Source: an uncultured Thermoproteaceae archaeon (GTDB taxonomy: Archaea; Thermoproteota; Thermoprotei; Thermoproteales; Thermocladiaceae). Taken from it: a stretch of 64,000 bases of DNA. Position numbers and translations under genes: made by a program. The stretch lies in contig CAZNTG010000009.1 in the NCBI GenBank assembly GCA_964575955.1, positions 32,001 to 96,000 on the forward strand, given 5' to 3'. Positions 27,109 to 38,255 of this stretch are shown here, in pieces. How positions within the stretch are numbered: the first letter of the stretch is position 1; each line of letters starts with the position of its first letter. The notes under the pieces are model-generated. The model saw only the letters and a list, made by a program, of their open reading frames with translations, was not told the origin of the DNA and searched no databases.

Positions 27109-30084
27109 CTACCATTCAACATATATTGCAGGTCTTCCTGGATATGCAGTCTTAGCCTTATTCATAGGATCATACCTTGGATTTAATGCATTCTGTACTT
27201 CAACTTCAACACCACCCAACTTGTATGATATGTATTTTTCACAATCTTTAAATATTTTCAATTCTGCATCTCTGTAAATTCTAATTCTTGGAATAATACC
27301 ATTAATAATCTTCTTAGCAATATCACTTATCTTATTCATAATATTTCTATACTCATCTCTCTGTGAGAAGTATCTTAATATTGTCTTAATATCATTTCCT
27401 GATTCTAACATCTCTATAATCTTATTAACAATACCGTACATTATCTCTTCAGGTCCAACATATATGTATACTTTTCTTGGTGTTGAACCTCTACTCTTAA
27501 TTATAGCTTTTATATCTTCTATAGTTCTATCAATAATTTCAAATACATTTAAAACTTCCCAACTTAACGGACCAGGACTTGGCCATAATTCACGTGATAC
27601 ATATGTGTTCTTTCCCATTCTATGCCAAATTTCTTCACATAGATGTGGAATTACTGGCTGTAACATTCTTATCCATTTGTCAAGTATGTAGTTTGATACA
27701 TATCTAACTTCATCAATATCTATACCACATACCTTATAGCTATTTAAATAATCTTCAATCTCGTTTAACATGTTGAAAAATACATCTACAACATATTCTC
27801 TAATTCTAAACTTCTCTAAGTACTCTTTTGCTTTTATTGTTAACATGTTTATAATACTTATCAACTTCTTACTAAGTGTATGTAATTTATCAAATGTGTA
27901 TTCTTCAGCAGGAGGACCAAGCTCTAACATCATGTTACATATTCTCCAAAATCTTTCAAGTTGATCAACCATCTTAACTACTTCACTCTCTCTCCAATCT
28001 AGAATACTTTCAAGATCTGCACTATATGCGACATATAGTCTAAATAGATCTGCACTATAGTATTTTGAAAGTTTTGCAATTTCTAATACATTTCCTAAAG
28101 TTTTTGACATCTTTCTACCTTCTCTAATAACATTCTCATTTAGAGATATTGCTCTAGGCCATAGTTCTTCTGGAAATATTGCTACATGGTGCATTATGAA
28201 GAATGTTAGATGACTAGGTATCAGATCAATACCACTATGTCTAAGATCTACAGGATACCAATATAGGAATTCTCTTCTAATATCTTCAACAATTTTTGGA
28301 TCTACATTAAATAGTTTAGATATTTCATATGGATCTCCTCTACCTAGGAATATGTAGTCAAATAATTTTTCAATCATTTCTAAAGCTTCTCTAGATCCTT
28401 CGTAGACTTTTCTAGTCAAATCTTTCAATTTATCAGATATGCCACTCTCTCTCAACTTCTTAACAATTGTGTAAAATGCCATGTATATTGTTGAATCACT
28501 TAGAGATTCTATAATCCATTCAGGATCCCATGGAAGTCTAGTGCCTAAACCTCTACGTCTTGCACATGGTCTAAGTTCTAGCCATTCTATTGTTGATATA
28601 AATTGTTGTCTATATTTTTCAGGAATTATCTTCATGTATTCTCTAACGAGCTTTAATGCTCTCTCTTTCCATTCTCTAGGTCTATAATCTATAAACCACT
28701 GATCTTTAATAACTGCAGCTATAACTCTATTACCTGCTCTTGTAACAACATTTCTAGGCTCAATTTCATACATCACATCCATCATATTAATACTCTTCAA
28801 CATTTCTTTAACTTTCTCTCTAGCTTCAGATACAGGCAGGTTCTTCAGTGGAGTATTATCTTTCATAATTCCATTATAAAACTCTGTTTGATATACAATC
28901 TTAGTAGCATCATTTAACTTTTGATCTAGTTGAGATTTTATATTAAGCTTCTTAACGATATCAACAGCTGGATATTCACCAAGTTGTGATTTTATTATAC
29001 TTATAGGTTCAATATTCTTAACAATATTCTCAATGTTGTATTTCTTCAAAATATTTACACTCTCCTTCAATTCTACAAGTGCTGCATAGTCGTATGGTGC
29101 ATGAGCAGGAACGCTATACACAACTCCTGTACCTACGTCAGGATCTACGAAATATGCAGGTAGTATTGGTACATCTCTATCTACTAGTGGTGCATGTACA
29201 AATTTTCCAATAAGCTCTTCACCTTTAAATTCTCTAATAATTTTTACATCTCTATCTTGATATTGTAATTTCCATGCACATTGCTTAGATATTATCCAAA
29301 TTTCAGAGTTGTTTATTAATGCTTCAACGTAGTCTGCGTCTGGTTTTATCCACACATTTGTGACTCCGAAAATTGTTTCTGGTCTTAATGTTGCAGCTAC
29401 TAGATACTTATCACCATACTTGAATTTTATTAATGTAAATTCGTTAATTCTTACCTCTATCTCATCGCCACCCTTAATATCATGTTCACCAACTGCATGT
29501 CCTTCAGCTGGTGCGTAGAGTACTACATGTTTTCCTCTAGTTATGTAGTTCTTCTCTTTCAATTTCAAGTATTGCCAAATTATAAATGCATTATAGTCAG
29601 GATCTCCTGTTGTAAATTGTCTTGAGAAATCTATTGAAAGACCAATACTCTTAAAATCTCTCTCATATGCTTTTGCGAAGAATGATGCTATTTTCCAACT
29701 ATCTTTAAATTCTTGAACAATCTTTTCAACCTCCTCAGGATTATCTACATATAGACTAACATATTCTCTATATCTCTGAATTGTCTCTAAGTCACCTCTA
29801 GCTATCATATCTGCAACAGCTTGTATTGGTGTACCTGTTATATGCCATGCTATTGGATATAGAACATTATATCCAAGCATTCTCTTAAATCGTGCAATTA
29901 TATCAGCAACTGTGAATGTTCTACCATGACCTATGTGAGGTGGTCCTTGGACATATGGATATGGTACTGTTATGAAGAACTTAGCTTTCTCTTCCTCAAC
30001 CTTAGCCTCAAATATCTTATTCTCATACCACTCTCTCTGCCACTTTGCTTCAATCTCTCTCAAAACTTTCAAGAACTCAGACAT
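27109..30084 (-). CDS. leuS: Leucine--tRNA ligase
   Basis: PYPY...PHIGH, TLRPET, ESLSDSTIY, KMSKT; start moved to ATG 30084 (MSEFLK). Confidence 0.97.
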   Translation of the reverse strand: MSEFLKVLREIEAKWQREWYENKIFEAKVEEEKAKFFITVPYPYVQGPPHIGHGRTFTVADIIARFKRMLGYNVLYPIAWHITGTPIQAVADMIARGDLETIQRYREYVSLYVDNPEEVEKIVQEFKDSWKIASFFAKAYERDFKSIGLSIDFSRQFTTGDPDYNAFIIWQYLKLKEKNYITRGKHVVLYAPAEGHAVGEHDIKGGDEIEVRINEFTLIKFKYGDKYLVAATLRPETIFGVTNVWIKPDADYVEALINNSEIWIISKQCAWKLQYQDRDVKIIREFKGEELIGKFVHAPLVDRDVPILPAYFVDPDVGTGVVYSVPAHAPYDYAALVELKESVNILKKYNIENIVKNIEPISIIKSQLGEYPAVDIVKKLNIKSQLDQKLNDATKIVYQTEFYNGIMKDNTPLKNLPVSEAREKVKEMLKSINMMDVMYEIEPRNVVTRAGNRVIAAVIKDQWFIDYRPREWKERALKLVREYMKIIPEKYRQQFISTIEWLELRPCARRRGLGTRLPWDPEWIIESLSDSTIYMAFYTIVKKLRESGISDKLKDLTRKVYEGSREALEMIEKLFDYIFLGRGDPYEISKLFNVDPKIVEDIRREFLYWYPVDLRHSGIDLIPSHLTFFIMHHVAIFPEELWPRAISLNENVIREGRKMSKTLGNVLEIAKLSKYYSADLFRLYVAYSADLESILDWRESEVVKMVDQLERFWRICNMMLELGPPAEEYTFDKLHTLSKKLISIINMLTIKAKEYLEKFRIREYVVDVFFNMLNEIEDYLNSYKVCGIDIDEVRYVSNYILDKWIRMLQPVIPHLCEEIWHRMGKNTYVSRELWPSPGPLSWEVLNVFEIIDRTIEDIKAIIKSRGSTPRKVYIYVGPEEIMYGIVNKIIEMLESGNDIKTILRYFSQRDEYRNIMNKISDIAKKIINGIIPRIRIYRDAELKIFKDCEKYISYKLGGVEVEVQNALNPRYDPMNKAKTAYPGRPAIYVEW

Positions 30085-30197
30085 CTTTCTACAGATTAGC
30101 AATCTTGACAACATGTTTAAAAGTTCTATTAGTTTATACAAACATAATCTACAGTATGGAGTAAAGGTTATTTTACAGATATAATCATAGCCAAAGC

Positions 30198-30797
30198 ATG
30201 GAATTTTACGAACTTCTATCAGGAACTGCTGTAGGTATTAGAGCACAGGATGGTGTTGTACTTGCATCTGAGAGAAGAGTTGCATATGGATTCTACCTAC
30301 TAAGTAAGTCAGGTAAGAAGGTGTTTAAGATAAATGATAACATCGGTATAGCAGCTGCGGGAATATTAGCAGATATGCAGACAGTAGCAAAAATTGTTAG
30401 AGCAGACATGAATCTGTACTACTTGAGAACAAAGAAAATACCATCTGTAAGATCTGTAGCAAAACTACTATCAATACTACTATTCGAAAGAAGACTACTA
30501 CCATATATATGTGAAGTTGCTGTTGGTGGAATTGATGAAGAAGGGTCACACCTGTATGTTCTAGATCCAGCAGGATCATTAATAGAGGATGACTATACAG
30601 CACTTGGAACAGGTGCAAAAATAGCAATTGGAATCTTAGAAAGTGAATATAGGAAAGATATGTCTGTAAAAGATGCTAGAGAACTAGCTATAAAAGCCAT
30701 AAAACAGGCAATATCTAGGGATCCAGTATCTGGAGATGGATGTGACATATTGATAATATCTAAAGAAGGTTCTAAAGAAGAAACAATAACATTTTAA
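30198..30797 (+). CDS. psmB: Proteasome subunit beta, paralog lacking Thr1
   Basis: GTAVG, DGVVLASE, LDPAGS, GTG, RDPVSG. Confidence 0.92.
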   Translation: MEFYELLSGTAVGIRAQDGVVLASERRVAYGFYLLSKSGKKVFKINDNIGIAAAGILADMQTVAKIVRADMNLYYLRTKKIPSVRSVAKLLSILLFERRLLPYICEVAVGGIDEEGSHLYVLDPAGSLIEDDYTALGTGAKIAIGILESEYRKDMSVKDARELAIKAIKQAISRDPVSGDGCDILIISKEGSKEETITF

Positions 30798-31168
30798 TGA
30801 AGTGTATAATACTAGACTCATCAGCAATATTTCATATAAGAAATTTAGAAATTCTAAAAAACCTCGGAGATAAAATATACATAACAGATAAAGTTTTAGA
30901 AGAATTAAAAGATCCTAGAGCACAAGCAATAATATCATTACTAACTCCAGAAATTGTAGAAGTAGATATTAAGAAAATAGATAAGTATAGAATGAAGTAT
31001 AGTAAATTGAGTATAGCAGATGCATCAATTATAGCATGTATTGAAGATTTAAAGAATATATGTAGAGAGATAGTTGTAATAACAGATGACATATACTTAA
31101 AGAGAATTGTCGAAAAGATGAAAGTTAGAGCATTATCAATATATTTCGATAAGAGGAGAAATTTATGA
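30797..31168 (+). CDS. PIN-domain protein (Nob1-like)
   Basis: ILDSSA, V.EE, LSIAD, TDD motifs. Confidence 0.8.
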   Translation: MKCIILDSSAIFHIRNLEILKNLGDKIYITDKVLEELKDPRAQAIISLLTPEIVEVDIKKIDKYRMKYSKLSIADASIIACIEDLKNICREIVVITDDIYLKRIVEKMKVRALSIYFDKRRNL

Positions 31169-31170
31169 GA

Positions 31171-31458
31171 TTAACAACATAATACCTCAATCATATTCTT
31201 AATATAGTTTATACTATCTAGTAGACAATCTCTACATAATATAAAGATTTTACTATCTCTAAGATCTACAAGACCAACATTATGAATATCTATAGATTTT
31301 CCACATAATGTACATCGAGAGTTAGTTAATATGTTCTTAATAATTTTAATAGCATCTAGTCCAAAGAGCACATCATCTACAGTTATTGCGAGTGTATAAG
31401 ATCCTGTTGATATGAAGGTTAATCTCGAAACTTTCGGACTACTCTTCCTCATCCTCAC
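31171..31458 (-). CDS. Small hypothetical Zn-binding protein
   Basis: CTLCG...LCRDC pair; start uncertain. Confidence 0.55.
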   Translation of the reverse strand: MRMRKSSPKVSRLTFISTGSYTLAITVDDVLFGLDAIKIIKNILTNSRCTLCGKSIDIHNVGLVDLRDSKIFILCRDCLLDSINYIKNMIEVLCC

Positions 31459-31491
31459 TTAACTATAGTCTTGAAAGATATTTATATTAGA

Positions 31492-32439
31492 TTAACTCCC
31501 AGTGTTACGATTTTGAAACAGTTCAAAAAGTATGTCGAGAGGTATTTCAAATATTGATAATATGTTATATCCAAATCTCTTGAGGACATTTACAAAATCT
31601 TGAACATCATTATTAGTCATAGATTGTGGTAGAACTACTATATCACTATTAGAAATGTCTAATTTCGATATTTTTTTCATAATGTTTATAATCTTCTCAA
31701 TATTGACATACCTATAATGTACAATATATACATCCATGTTTGAAATTGTAGTTCTTATATCTACACCATATCTCAAATACGTACATAATACATGATCAGC
31801 AACTTCTCTACCTTCAACATCTATACTAGTTAAATTACCTGTATATGGATACATTCCTAAGTTTGAAAAATCTACAACATTTAAGGCATTTTTAACTCTC
31901 TTTCTAATTAATGTAATCTCAAGTTCTATATGCTCTACCTTTTTAGTAATTTTAGATTCATACATAGTTTCAACTCTCTTCCTCAGAATTATGTTTGGTA
32001 ATTCTATTCTACCAACTCTTCTTCCCTGTTCTATAGATAGTGGATCTTCATACACTACTAAAATATCTAAATCAGGAAGACAATATCCTGTGCATAATTT
32101 TAATACTATATTCGTTGCATATAAATCTTCAATATATTTAAGTTTTTCAGATATTGTATTGATAATCTGTCTAACTAGTCTAGATTTATCAATAACACCC
32201 TTAACATAGTTGTTAATTATTACATATATAGATTCTACATAGTTTACAGATGCTGTAATTCTCAACCATTTATCTATTATTTTAAATATCTTATCAAAAT
32301 CTTCAACTTTTCTAAATGTTATTGGTATTGTTGAAAATAGTATCCAAGGTTTAGAATCTAAATCTTCAATATACCTATCAAACTCTAAGTATGATTTTCT
32401 AAATGCTCCATGATCGATATATATCATTCCTAAACTCAT
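31492..32439 (-). CDS. Hypothetical protein
   Basis: 315-aa ORF filling the gap; no family recognised. Confidence 0.7.
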   Translation of the reverse strand: MSLGMIYIDHGAFRKSYLEFDRYIEDLDSKPWILFSTIPITFRKVEDFDKIFKIIDKWLRITASVNYVESIYVIINNYVKGVIDKSRLVRQIINTISEKLKYIEDLYATNIVLKLCTGYCLPDLDILVVYEDPLSIEQGRRVGRIELPNIILRKRVETMYESKITKKVEHIELEITLIRKRVKNALNVVDFSNLGMYPYTGNLTSIDVEGREVADHVLCTYLRYGVDIRTTISNMDVYIVHYRYVNIEKIINIMKKISKLDISNSDIVVLPQSMTNNDVQDFVNVLKRFGYNILSIFEIPLDILFELFQNRNTGS

Positions 32440-32480
32440 AGTAGTAATCTACATTAGATAGTCTTGTCAAGATTCCTGAT

Positions 32481-33029
32481 ATGGATTATAGATTGATATC
32501 TAGTGCTGCTAGACTTATGAGAGAGCCTATTGGAATATTGATTAGAGATGAACCTCCAAGAAGTATTCATAAGTTAAGGAGAGTTTATCTTGATTTTGAA
32601 CTTAATTATCTAGCTAGTGTTGGAGATATTGTTACTTTGAATATAATTAGATATTGGAGAGTTCCTAATATAGCTATAATAGATAATAAAACTTTGAGAG
32701 ATAGAAAGATAGACACACTCTCAGCAGTATCTATACTTTTTAAAGACATCATAAGACTACATAATAGACCAGCAACAATAACTGATAAGAATATTGATAC
32801 TATTGAAACGGCTGTAAAATTAGCTGAAAAAGGTAGAAATGTTCTACTTGTTGTTGATGGTGAAGAAGATCTATTATCAATACTATTAATACTATGTTTG
32901 AATAGAGGATTGGTGGTTTACGGAAATTATTTTACAAATTCTCTAATAGCAATACCAACATATACACCATATAAAGTTGCTACATTGAAATTATTAGCAC
33001 AGTTCAGGTATGGAGAGACCATGGGTTAG
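32481..33029 (+). CDS. GTP-dependent dephospho-CoA kinase (DUF359)
   Basis: VGDIVT, D.KT.R, N.PA, VDGEEDLL, YG motifs. Confidence 0.85.
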   Translation: MDYRLISSAARLMREPIGILIRDEPPRSIHKLRRVYLDFELNYLASVGDIVTLNIIRYWRVPNIAIIDNKTLRDRKIDTLSAVSILFKDIIRLHNRPATITDKNIDTIETAVKLAEKGRNVLLVVDGEEDLLSILLILCLNRGLVVYGNYFTNSLIAIPTYTPYKVATLKLLAQFRYGETMG

Positions 33030-33681
33030 GATAGTATCAGCATGTACTATTGATGGTAGGATAGCTAGTAAGGTAGGATATTCAAGACTATCCTGTCAAT
33101 ATGACCTGGTTAGACTTCATAGACATAGAGCAGAGTGTGATGGTGTTATGATAGGTGCAAACACTGCAAATATTGATGATCCAATGCTAACTGTGAGATT
33201 GGTTAAAACAGATAGACAACCATGTAGAGTTGTTGTAGATGGAAAACTTAGATGTAGGCTTGACTTAAGATTATTCAAAACAGCAAGAGAGATACCAACA
33301 ATAGTGTTGACAACAGAGAAGGCAGATCATGAGAAGATTGAAAAATTGAGAGATATGGGAGTCATTGTTGAGATAGTTGGAGAAGAATACGTAGATTTGA
33401 GAAAAGCCTTAGAAATACTATACAGAAATTATGGTATTAAGAAACTTCTTGTTGAAGGTGGTGGAAAGTTAAATTGGAATCTAATAAAGAATAATCTTGT
33501 AGATGAGATTTACATTACAATAACACCATACATATTCGGAAACGGAGTATCAATATTTAATGGAGAAGGATTTGAAACAACAGAACAAAGTCCTAAATTA
33601 ATTTTAAAAGATTTTAAAGTATGTGAATGTGGAAATTGTATAGTACTACACTACATAGTTAAGAAGTGCAGTATAGAGTAA
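33010..33681 (+). CDS. RibD C-terminal domain pyrimidine reductase
   Basis: DGRIA, GANT..DDP.LTVR, LLVEGGG. Confidence 0.88.
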   Translation: MERPWVRIVSACTIDGRIASKVGYSRLSCQYDLVRLHRHRAECDGVMIGANTANIDDPMLTVRLVKTDRQPCRVVVDGKLRCRLDLRLFKTAREIPTIVLTTEKADHEKIEKLRDMGVIVEIVGEEYVDLRKALEILYRNYGIKKLLVEGGGKLNWNLIKNNLVDEIYITITPYIFGNGVSIFNGEGFETTEQSPKLILKDFKVCECGNCIVLHYIVKKCSIE

Positions 33682-33733
33682 TACATAAAATATCTAACAA
33701 TACTGTACGAATGGTGAATATGTACAGCCAATT

Positions 33734-34735
33734 TTGAAAGAGATAAAGGAGAGAGTTGACAATATAAGTAGTGAGGTAGCTAAGTTAGAGAAGATTTTTG
33801 AAGATCTATCTAGAAGTTTAACAATTGTAGATATAGTACAGATAATATCTGAAATATTTAAACATAGAGATGATGTTTGTAGAAGAATTATATATGATAT
33901 ATTAAAAATTTGTTGTAAAGATGTTAAAGTAGCATATCTAGGTCCTGAAGGAACATTTACACATGAAGTAGCACTATCATTATTTGGTAAAAATGTTGAA
34001 TTTGTAAGTTATGAAACTATAACAGATGTTATTAAAGCTGTTAGTAGAGGTGATGTTGATCTAAGTATAGTACCGTTTGAGAATAGTCTTGAAGGAATTG
34101 TTCATGAAACTTTAGATGCTTTAGAAAGTACTACAAATGTATTTGTAAATTTATGTGTTGAAAAGAGGATAAATATGTGCCTTGTTGTAAGTAATGATGT
34201 ATCTAGACTTGACGATATTGAAATACTCTACGTTCAACCTTATGCATATGCTCAATGTAGATTTTTCATATCTAGAAGATTGAAAAATGTTAAAAATATA
34301 ATATTTGTAGAATCAACCTCGAAATCTCTAGATAATGTAGCTAAAAATTCTAGATGTGCATGTCTAGCTTCAAAGCTTGGTGCTAAGATTAGAGGATTGA
34401 AAATACTTATGGAACATGTTGAAGATTTTGAAAGCTATACTAAGTTTATACTAATTTCAAGAAAAATGTTTAGAAGTGGAGATAGGACAAGTATTATATT
34501 CACAGTTAAGCATGTTCCAGGTGCTCTATATAGTGTCTTAGAGCCATTTGCTAAGAGAGGTATAAATTTAACAATGATATATTCAAGACCTTTAAGGAAA
34601 GTTCCATGGAGCTACTACTTCTATCTTGAGTATGATGGTTCTATAGATGATGATCTTATTAGTGAAGTTTCTTCAAGATGTAGCTATATCAGACTACTTG
34701 GTAGCTATCTAGTACTACATAGTACCTCTGCGTAA
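33734..34735 (+). CDS. pheA: Prephenate dehydratase with ACT domain and short helical N-extension
   Basis: YLGPEGTF, PFENSLEG, TKF, PGALY, NLTMIYSRP. Confidence 0.9.
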   Translation: MKEIKERVDNISSEVAKLEKIFEDLSRSLTIVDIVQIISEIFKHRDDVCRRIIYDILKICCKDVKVAYLGPEGTFTHEVALSLFGKNVEFVSYETITDVIKAVSRGDVDLSIVPFENSLEGIVHETLDALESTTNVFVNLCVEKRINMCLVVSNDVSRLDDIEILYVQPYAYAQCRFFISRRLKNVKNIIFVESTSKSLDNVAKNSRCACLASKLGAKIRGLKILMEHVEDFESYTKFILISRKMFRSGDRTSIIFTVKHVPGALYSVLEPFAKRGINLTMIYSRPLRKVPWSYYFYLEYDGSIDDDLISEVSSRCSYIRLLGSYLVLHSTSA

Positions 34736-34855
34736 CTATGTAATCTATATATCTATAGTCCTCAACTATGTAGTATATTTTGAAGACTATTGAGATAGTG
34801 TGATTACTGGAGTGTAATAATACTTTTAAATTTTCTCAATATCTCTAGATATCAT

Positions 34856-36133
34856 GTGGAAGTTGCAAAGTTTCTAGAACTAATATCTAAAGTTCCAAGA
34901 TTTGAAGAGTTAAATCATAGTGGTAAGAAGGTGCTTGTTAGAGTTGATATAAATGTTCCATTAGATAAATCGAAAAATCAGATTCTCGACGACTTTAGAA
35001 TTTTTGCACACTCACAAACAATTAGGAAACTTCTAGATCTTAATTGTGCTGTTGTAGTTATAGCTCATCAAGGTAGACCTGGAGATAAGGAATTTTCATC
35101 TCTTGAACTTCATTCAAAAGTTCTTTCACGATATCTAAATCAGGAAGTCAAGTTTATAGATGATATTATAGGTCCTGCAGCTAGAGAAGAGATTAGAAAA
35201 TTGAATAGGGGTGAGGTTCTAATGCTTGAAAATGTCAGATTTTTGAGTGAAGAAACATTAGAGAGAACTCCAGAAGAGCATAGTAATTCATTTCTAGTTA
35301 GAAAGTTGTCAAGTCTATTTGACGAGTTTATTCTTGATGCATTTGCAGCAATACATAGACCACATGCAAGTATTGTAGGATTTACATGTACTATGCCTAG
35401 CTGTATGGGTATTGTTCTTCAAAGAGAGATTGATGCTTTAAAACATGTTTTAGAGTCAGGTTCAAGATCAACATTAATAATTGCAGGTGGTGCAAAGATA
35501 CCAGACACAATTAAGGTTATAGGTAAGATTCTTGAGAGAAATATTGCTGATAAGATCATTGTTGGTGGTCTTGTAAGTACTGTATTTACAGCAGCTAAGT
35601 ATGGAGCAACAGGATGGTTGAAGAACTTCATTGAAAGTAAAAAGTTACAGGAACAGGTTGATACTGCAAAGAAACTACTTGAAAAATATTCAGGTAAGAT
35701 TGAGACACCTCTAGACCATGTAGTTGTTAAACCTGATGGAACAACACAGATAGTAGATGTACAGAATATACAGGACGAGATTGTAGATATAGGACCTAGA
35801 ACACTAGATCTCTATAAAGAGATTGTTGGAAATTATGAAAATGTCATAATGACAGGACCTGTAGGACATATAGAGAAGGAAGAGTACACTAAAGGAACCG
35901 TAGAACTGTTAACGACAATGATTTCAAAATGTAAATTTACAGCAATTGGAGGTGGTCATACAGTTATGATTGCTAGAAAGCTAAACCTATTGGACAAACT
36001 ATCACACGTATCTACTGGAGGTAGAGCATTCCTATACACACTAGCTGGTGAAGAACTACCAGGACTTGTAGCACTTGCTAAATCACGTGAAAGATTTTCA
36101 AAAATGATCGAGGCAGGTAAAACAGCTAAATAG
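34856..36133 (+). CDS. pgk: Phosphoglycerate kinase
   Basis: RVDINVP, AHQGRPG, LENVRF, GGAK, DIGP, STGG.A. Confidence 0.97.
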   Translation: MEVAKFLELISKVPRFEELNHSGKKVLVRVDINVPLDKSKNQILDDFRIFAHSQTIRKLLDLNCAVVVIAHQGRPGDKEFSSLELHSKVLSRYLNQEVKFIDDIIGPAAREEIRKLNRGEVLMLENVRFLSEETLERTPEEHSNSFLVRKLSSLFDEFILDAFAAIHRPHASIVGFTCTMPSCMGIVLQREIDALKHVLESGSRSTLIIAGGAKIPDTIKVIGKILERNIADKIIVGGLVSTVFTAAKYGATGWLKNFIESKKLQEQVDTAKKLLEKYSGKIETPLDHVVVKPDGTTQIVDVQNIQDEIVDIGPRTLDLYKEIVGNYENVIMTGPVGHIEKEEYTKGTVELLTTMISKCKFTAIGGGHTVMIARKLNLLDKLSHVSTGGRAFLYTLAGEELPGLVALAKSRERFSKMIEAGKTAK

Positions 36134-36151
36134 GTTTACAGAGGTGATAAT

Positions 36152-37198
36152 ATGCCTATCAAGGTTGGAGTTATAGGATATGGAACTATTGGAAAGAGAG
36201 TAGCTGACAGTATATCAAAGTTTCCTGATGAGTTTGAACTTGTCGGAATTCTAAAACCAACACCAGACTATGAAGCTGAGATAGCTATAAGGAAGGGCTA
36301 TAAAGTATATACATATCCTGAGAAAGTTAAAGATTTTGAAAAACTTGGAATACCAATATCAGGAACTATCGATGAACTACTTGAAAAGATAGATGTTGCA
36401 ATAGATACAACACCTGCAAAAGTTGGTAAAGAAATGAAAGAGAAGTACTACTTACCGAAGAATAAACCAGCAATATTCCAAGGTGGTGAGAAGGCAGATG
36501 TTGCAGATGTAAGCTTTAACGCACTTGCAAACTACGATAAAGCTATAGGTGCTAGATATGTCAGAGTTGTGAGTTGTAATACAACAGGAATTTGTAGATT
36601 ACTATCATCATTCATACTTCACGGATATAAGATTAGGAAAGTTAGAGTATACCTAGTTAGGAGAGGTGCAGATCCTAAAGAACATAAGAGAGGACCAATA
36701 AATGATGTTGTTCCAGATCCAGTAACAGTTCCAAGTCACCATGGTCCAGATGTGAAGACTGTGATACCTGAGATAAATATTGTAACTATGGCTGTTGCAG
36801 TACCTGTAACTATAATGCATCTACACATGGTTAATATAGAGTTTGAACATCAAATAACTAGAGAAGATGTAATTAAAGCACTTGAAGAAACTCCAAGAAT
36901 AATGCTAGTACCATCAGGTAGAAGACTTGACAGTATTGCACATCTAATAGAGTGGGCTAGAGATATTGGAAGATATAGGAATGACATTATGGAAAACTGC
37001 ATATTTGAAGGATCTATATCTGTAGTGGATGGACATGATCTATACTTAATGATGGCTATTCATCAAGAGAGTATAGTAATTCCTGAAAATATTGACGCAC
37101 TTAGAGCAATGTTTAAACTAGCAGACAAGTGGACATCAATAGAGAAGACAGACAAAGTATTAGGAATAGTAACAGAAGGTAAGAAGTACAAATTCTAA
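36152..37198 (+). CDS. gap: Archaeal class II glyceraldehyde-3-phosphate dehydrogenase
   Basis: [37 protein letters not shown]. Confidence 0.97.
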   Translation: MPIKVGVIGYGTIGKRVADSISKFPDEFELVGILKPTPDYEAEIAIRKGYKVYTYPEKVKDFEKLGIPISGTIDELLEKIDVAIDTTPAKVGKEMKEKYYLPKNKPAIFQGGEKADVADVSFNALANYDKAIGARYVRVVSCNTTGICRLLSSFILHGYKIRKVRVYLVRRGADPKEHKRGPINDVVPDPVTVPSHHGPDVKTVIPEINIVTMAVAVPVTIMHLHMVNIEFEHQITREDVIKALEETPRIMLVPSGRRLDSIAHLIEWARDIGRYRNDIMENCIFEGSISVVDGHDLYLMMAIHQESIVIPENIDALRAMFKLADKWTSIEKTDKVLGIVTEGKKYKF

Positions 37199-37252
37199 CA
37201 TTCATCAATAAAAATCCTTTAATTTTTTCCAAATTGTAAATTTTCTACAGCA

Positions 37253-38032
37253 ATGAGATTGATGGTCTGTGGTAAAGGTGGTACAGGTAAGACTGTAATA
37301 TCAATACTTCTAGCACGTGCATTTAGAGAGTTGAACTATAAGCCATACATTATCGATATGGATGAATCAAATGAACTATTACCACAACTAGCAGGTGTTG
37401 TAAAGCCTAGACCATTAATAGAGTTATTTGGAGGTAGGAGAGGACTATCACAAAAATTGAAAGATGGTGAAGAGAGTATTGTTAAAATATTAAAAGACTT
37501 AACTAACAGTGAATTAAAAATATCTTCAATACCTAGAGAATATAGATCAACTAGTGAAGATGGTATAAATATAATAACTATAGGAAAGATAAGAGAATAT
37601 TCTGAAGGATGTGCATGTCCTCTAAATGTATTTACAAAAATACTACTCAACAAGTTGAAGATAGATAAAGATGAGATAGTTATAATAGATACAGATGCAG
37701 GAGTTGAACATGTAGGTCGTGGAGTTGAGGGATTTGTAGATTCAGTGATAGCAGTTGCAGATCCAACAAGAGAATCTATGTTAATAGCATCACACTTGAG
37801 AGATATATGTGAGAAAATTAATAAGAAATACTACCTAATACTAAATAAAGTACCTGAAAATCTACAGGAAAAGATATTAAAGATATGTGAAGAATATTCT
37901 CTAAAACCTGATGAGATAGTGCCATATGATGAAAAGATATTTCAATCATGTTTAATTGGAGATAAGTTAGACTCAGATAAGGCATATTTAAAAATTAAGA
38001 ATTTTGTTAAGAAGATTATTGAAAGTATGTAG
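37253..38032 (+). CDS. cooC: CooC-type nickel-insertion ATPase
   Basis: GKGGTGKT, GCAC Ni motif, DTDAGVEH.GRG. Confidence 0.88.
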   Translation: MRLMVCGKGGTGKTVISILLARAFRELNYKPYIIDMDESNELLPQLAGVVKPRPLIELFGGRRGLSQKLKDGEESIVKILKDLTNSELKISSIPREYRSTSEDGINIITIGKIREYSEGCACPLNVFTKILLNKLKIDKDEIVIIDTDAGVEHVGRGVEGFVDSVIAVADPTRESMLIASHLRDICEKINKKYYLILNKVPENLQEKILKICEEYSLKPDEIVPYDEKIFQSCLIGDKLDSDKAYLKIKNFVKKIIESM

Positions 38033-38033
38033 T

Positions 38034-38255
38034 ATGTGTTTATTAACGTTTAAAATTATTAAAGATGGAAAAGAGGAAGTTATTAAAGATATATTTCTAA
38101 TAGAGATTAAAGATGGGAAAATTACTATATACAACATGTATATGAACAAGGTGTGTGAGGTAGATCTTGAAGATGTTAGATATGTAAAAATTAATACTCT
38201 AGATGCTGTGGCTGTTCTAGATTTTCGTTTAAAGCCTTCTCAATCTCCTCAATAA
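38034..38255 (+). CDS. cooT: CooT family nickel-binding protein
   Basis: ATG 38034 gives MCL (Cys2), a beta-rich ~70-aa protein starting right after the cooC stop. Confidence 0.7.
   Translation: MCLLTFKIIKDGKEEVIKDIFLIEIKDGKITIYNMYMNKVCEVDLEDVRYVKINTLDAVAVLDFRLKPSQSPQ

Noticed and set aside
30198-30797. Proteasome beta lacking catalytic Thr1
   Set aside because: A second, non-Thr1 beta paralog is already known in crenarchaea.
31420-31460. TGAGGA..CCGA on the minus strand as a possible C/D sRNA
   Set aside because: No downstream C'/D pair at proper spacing; overlaps an ORF start.
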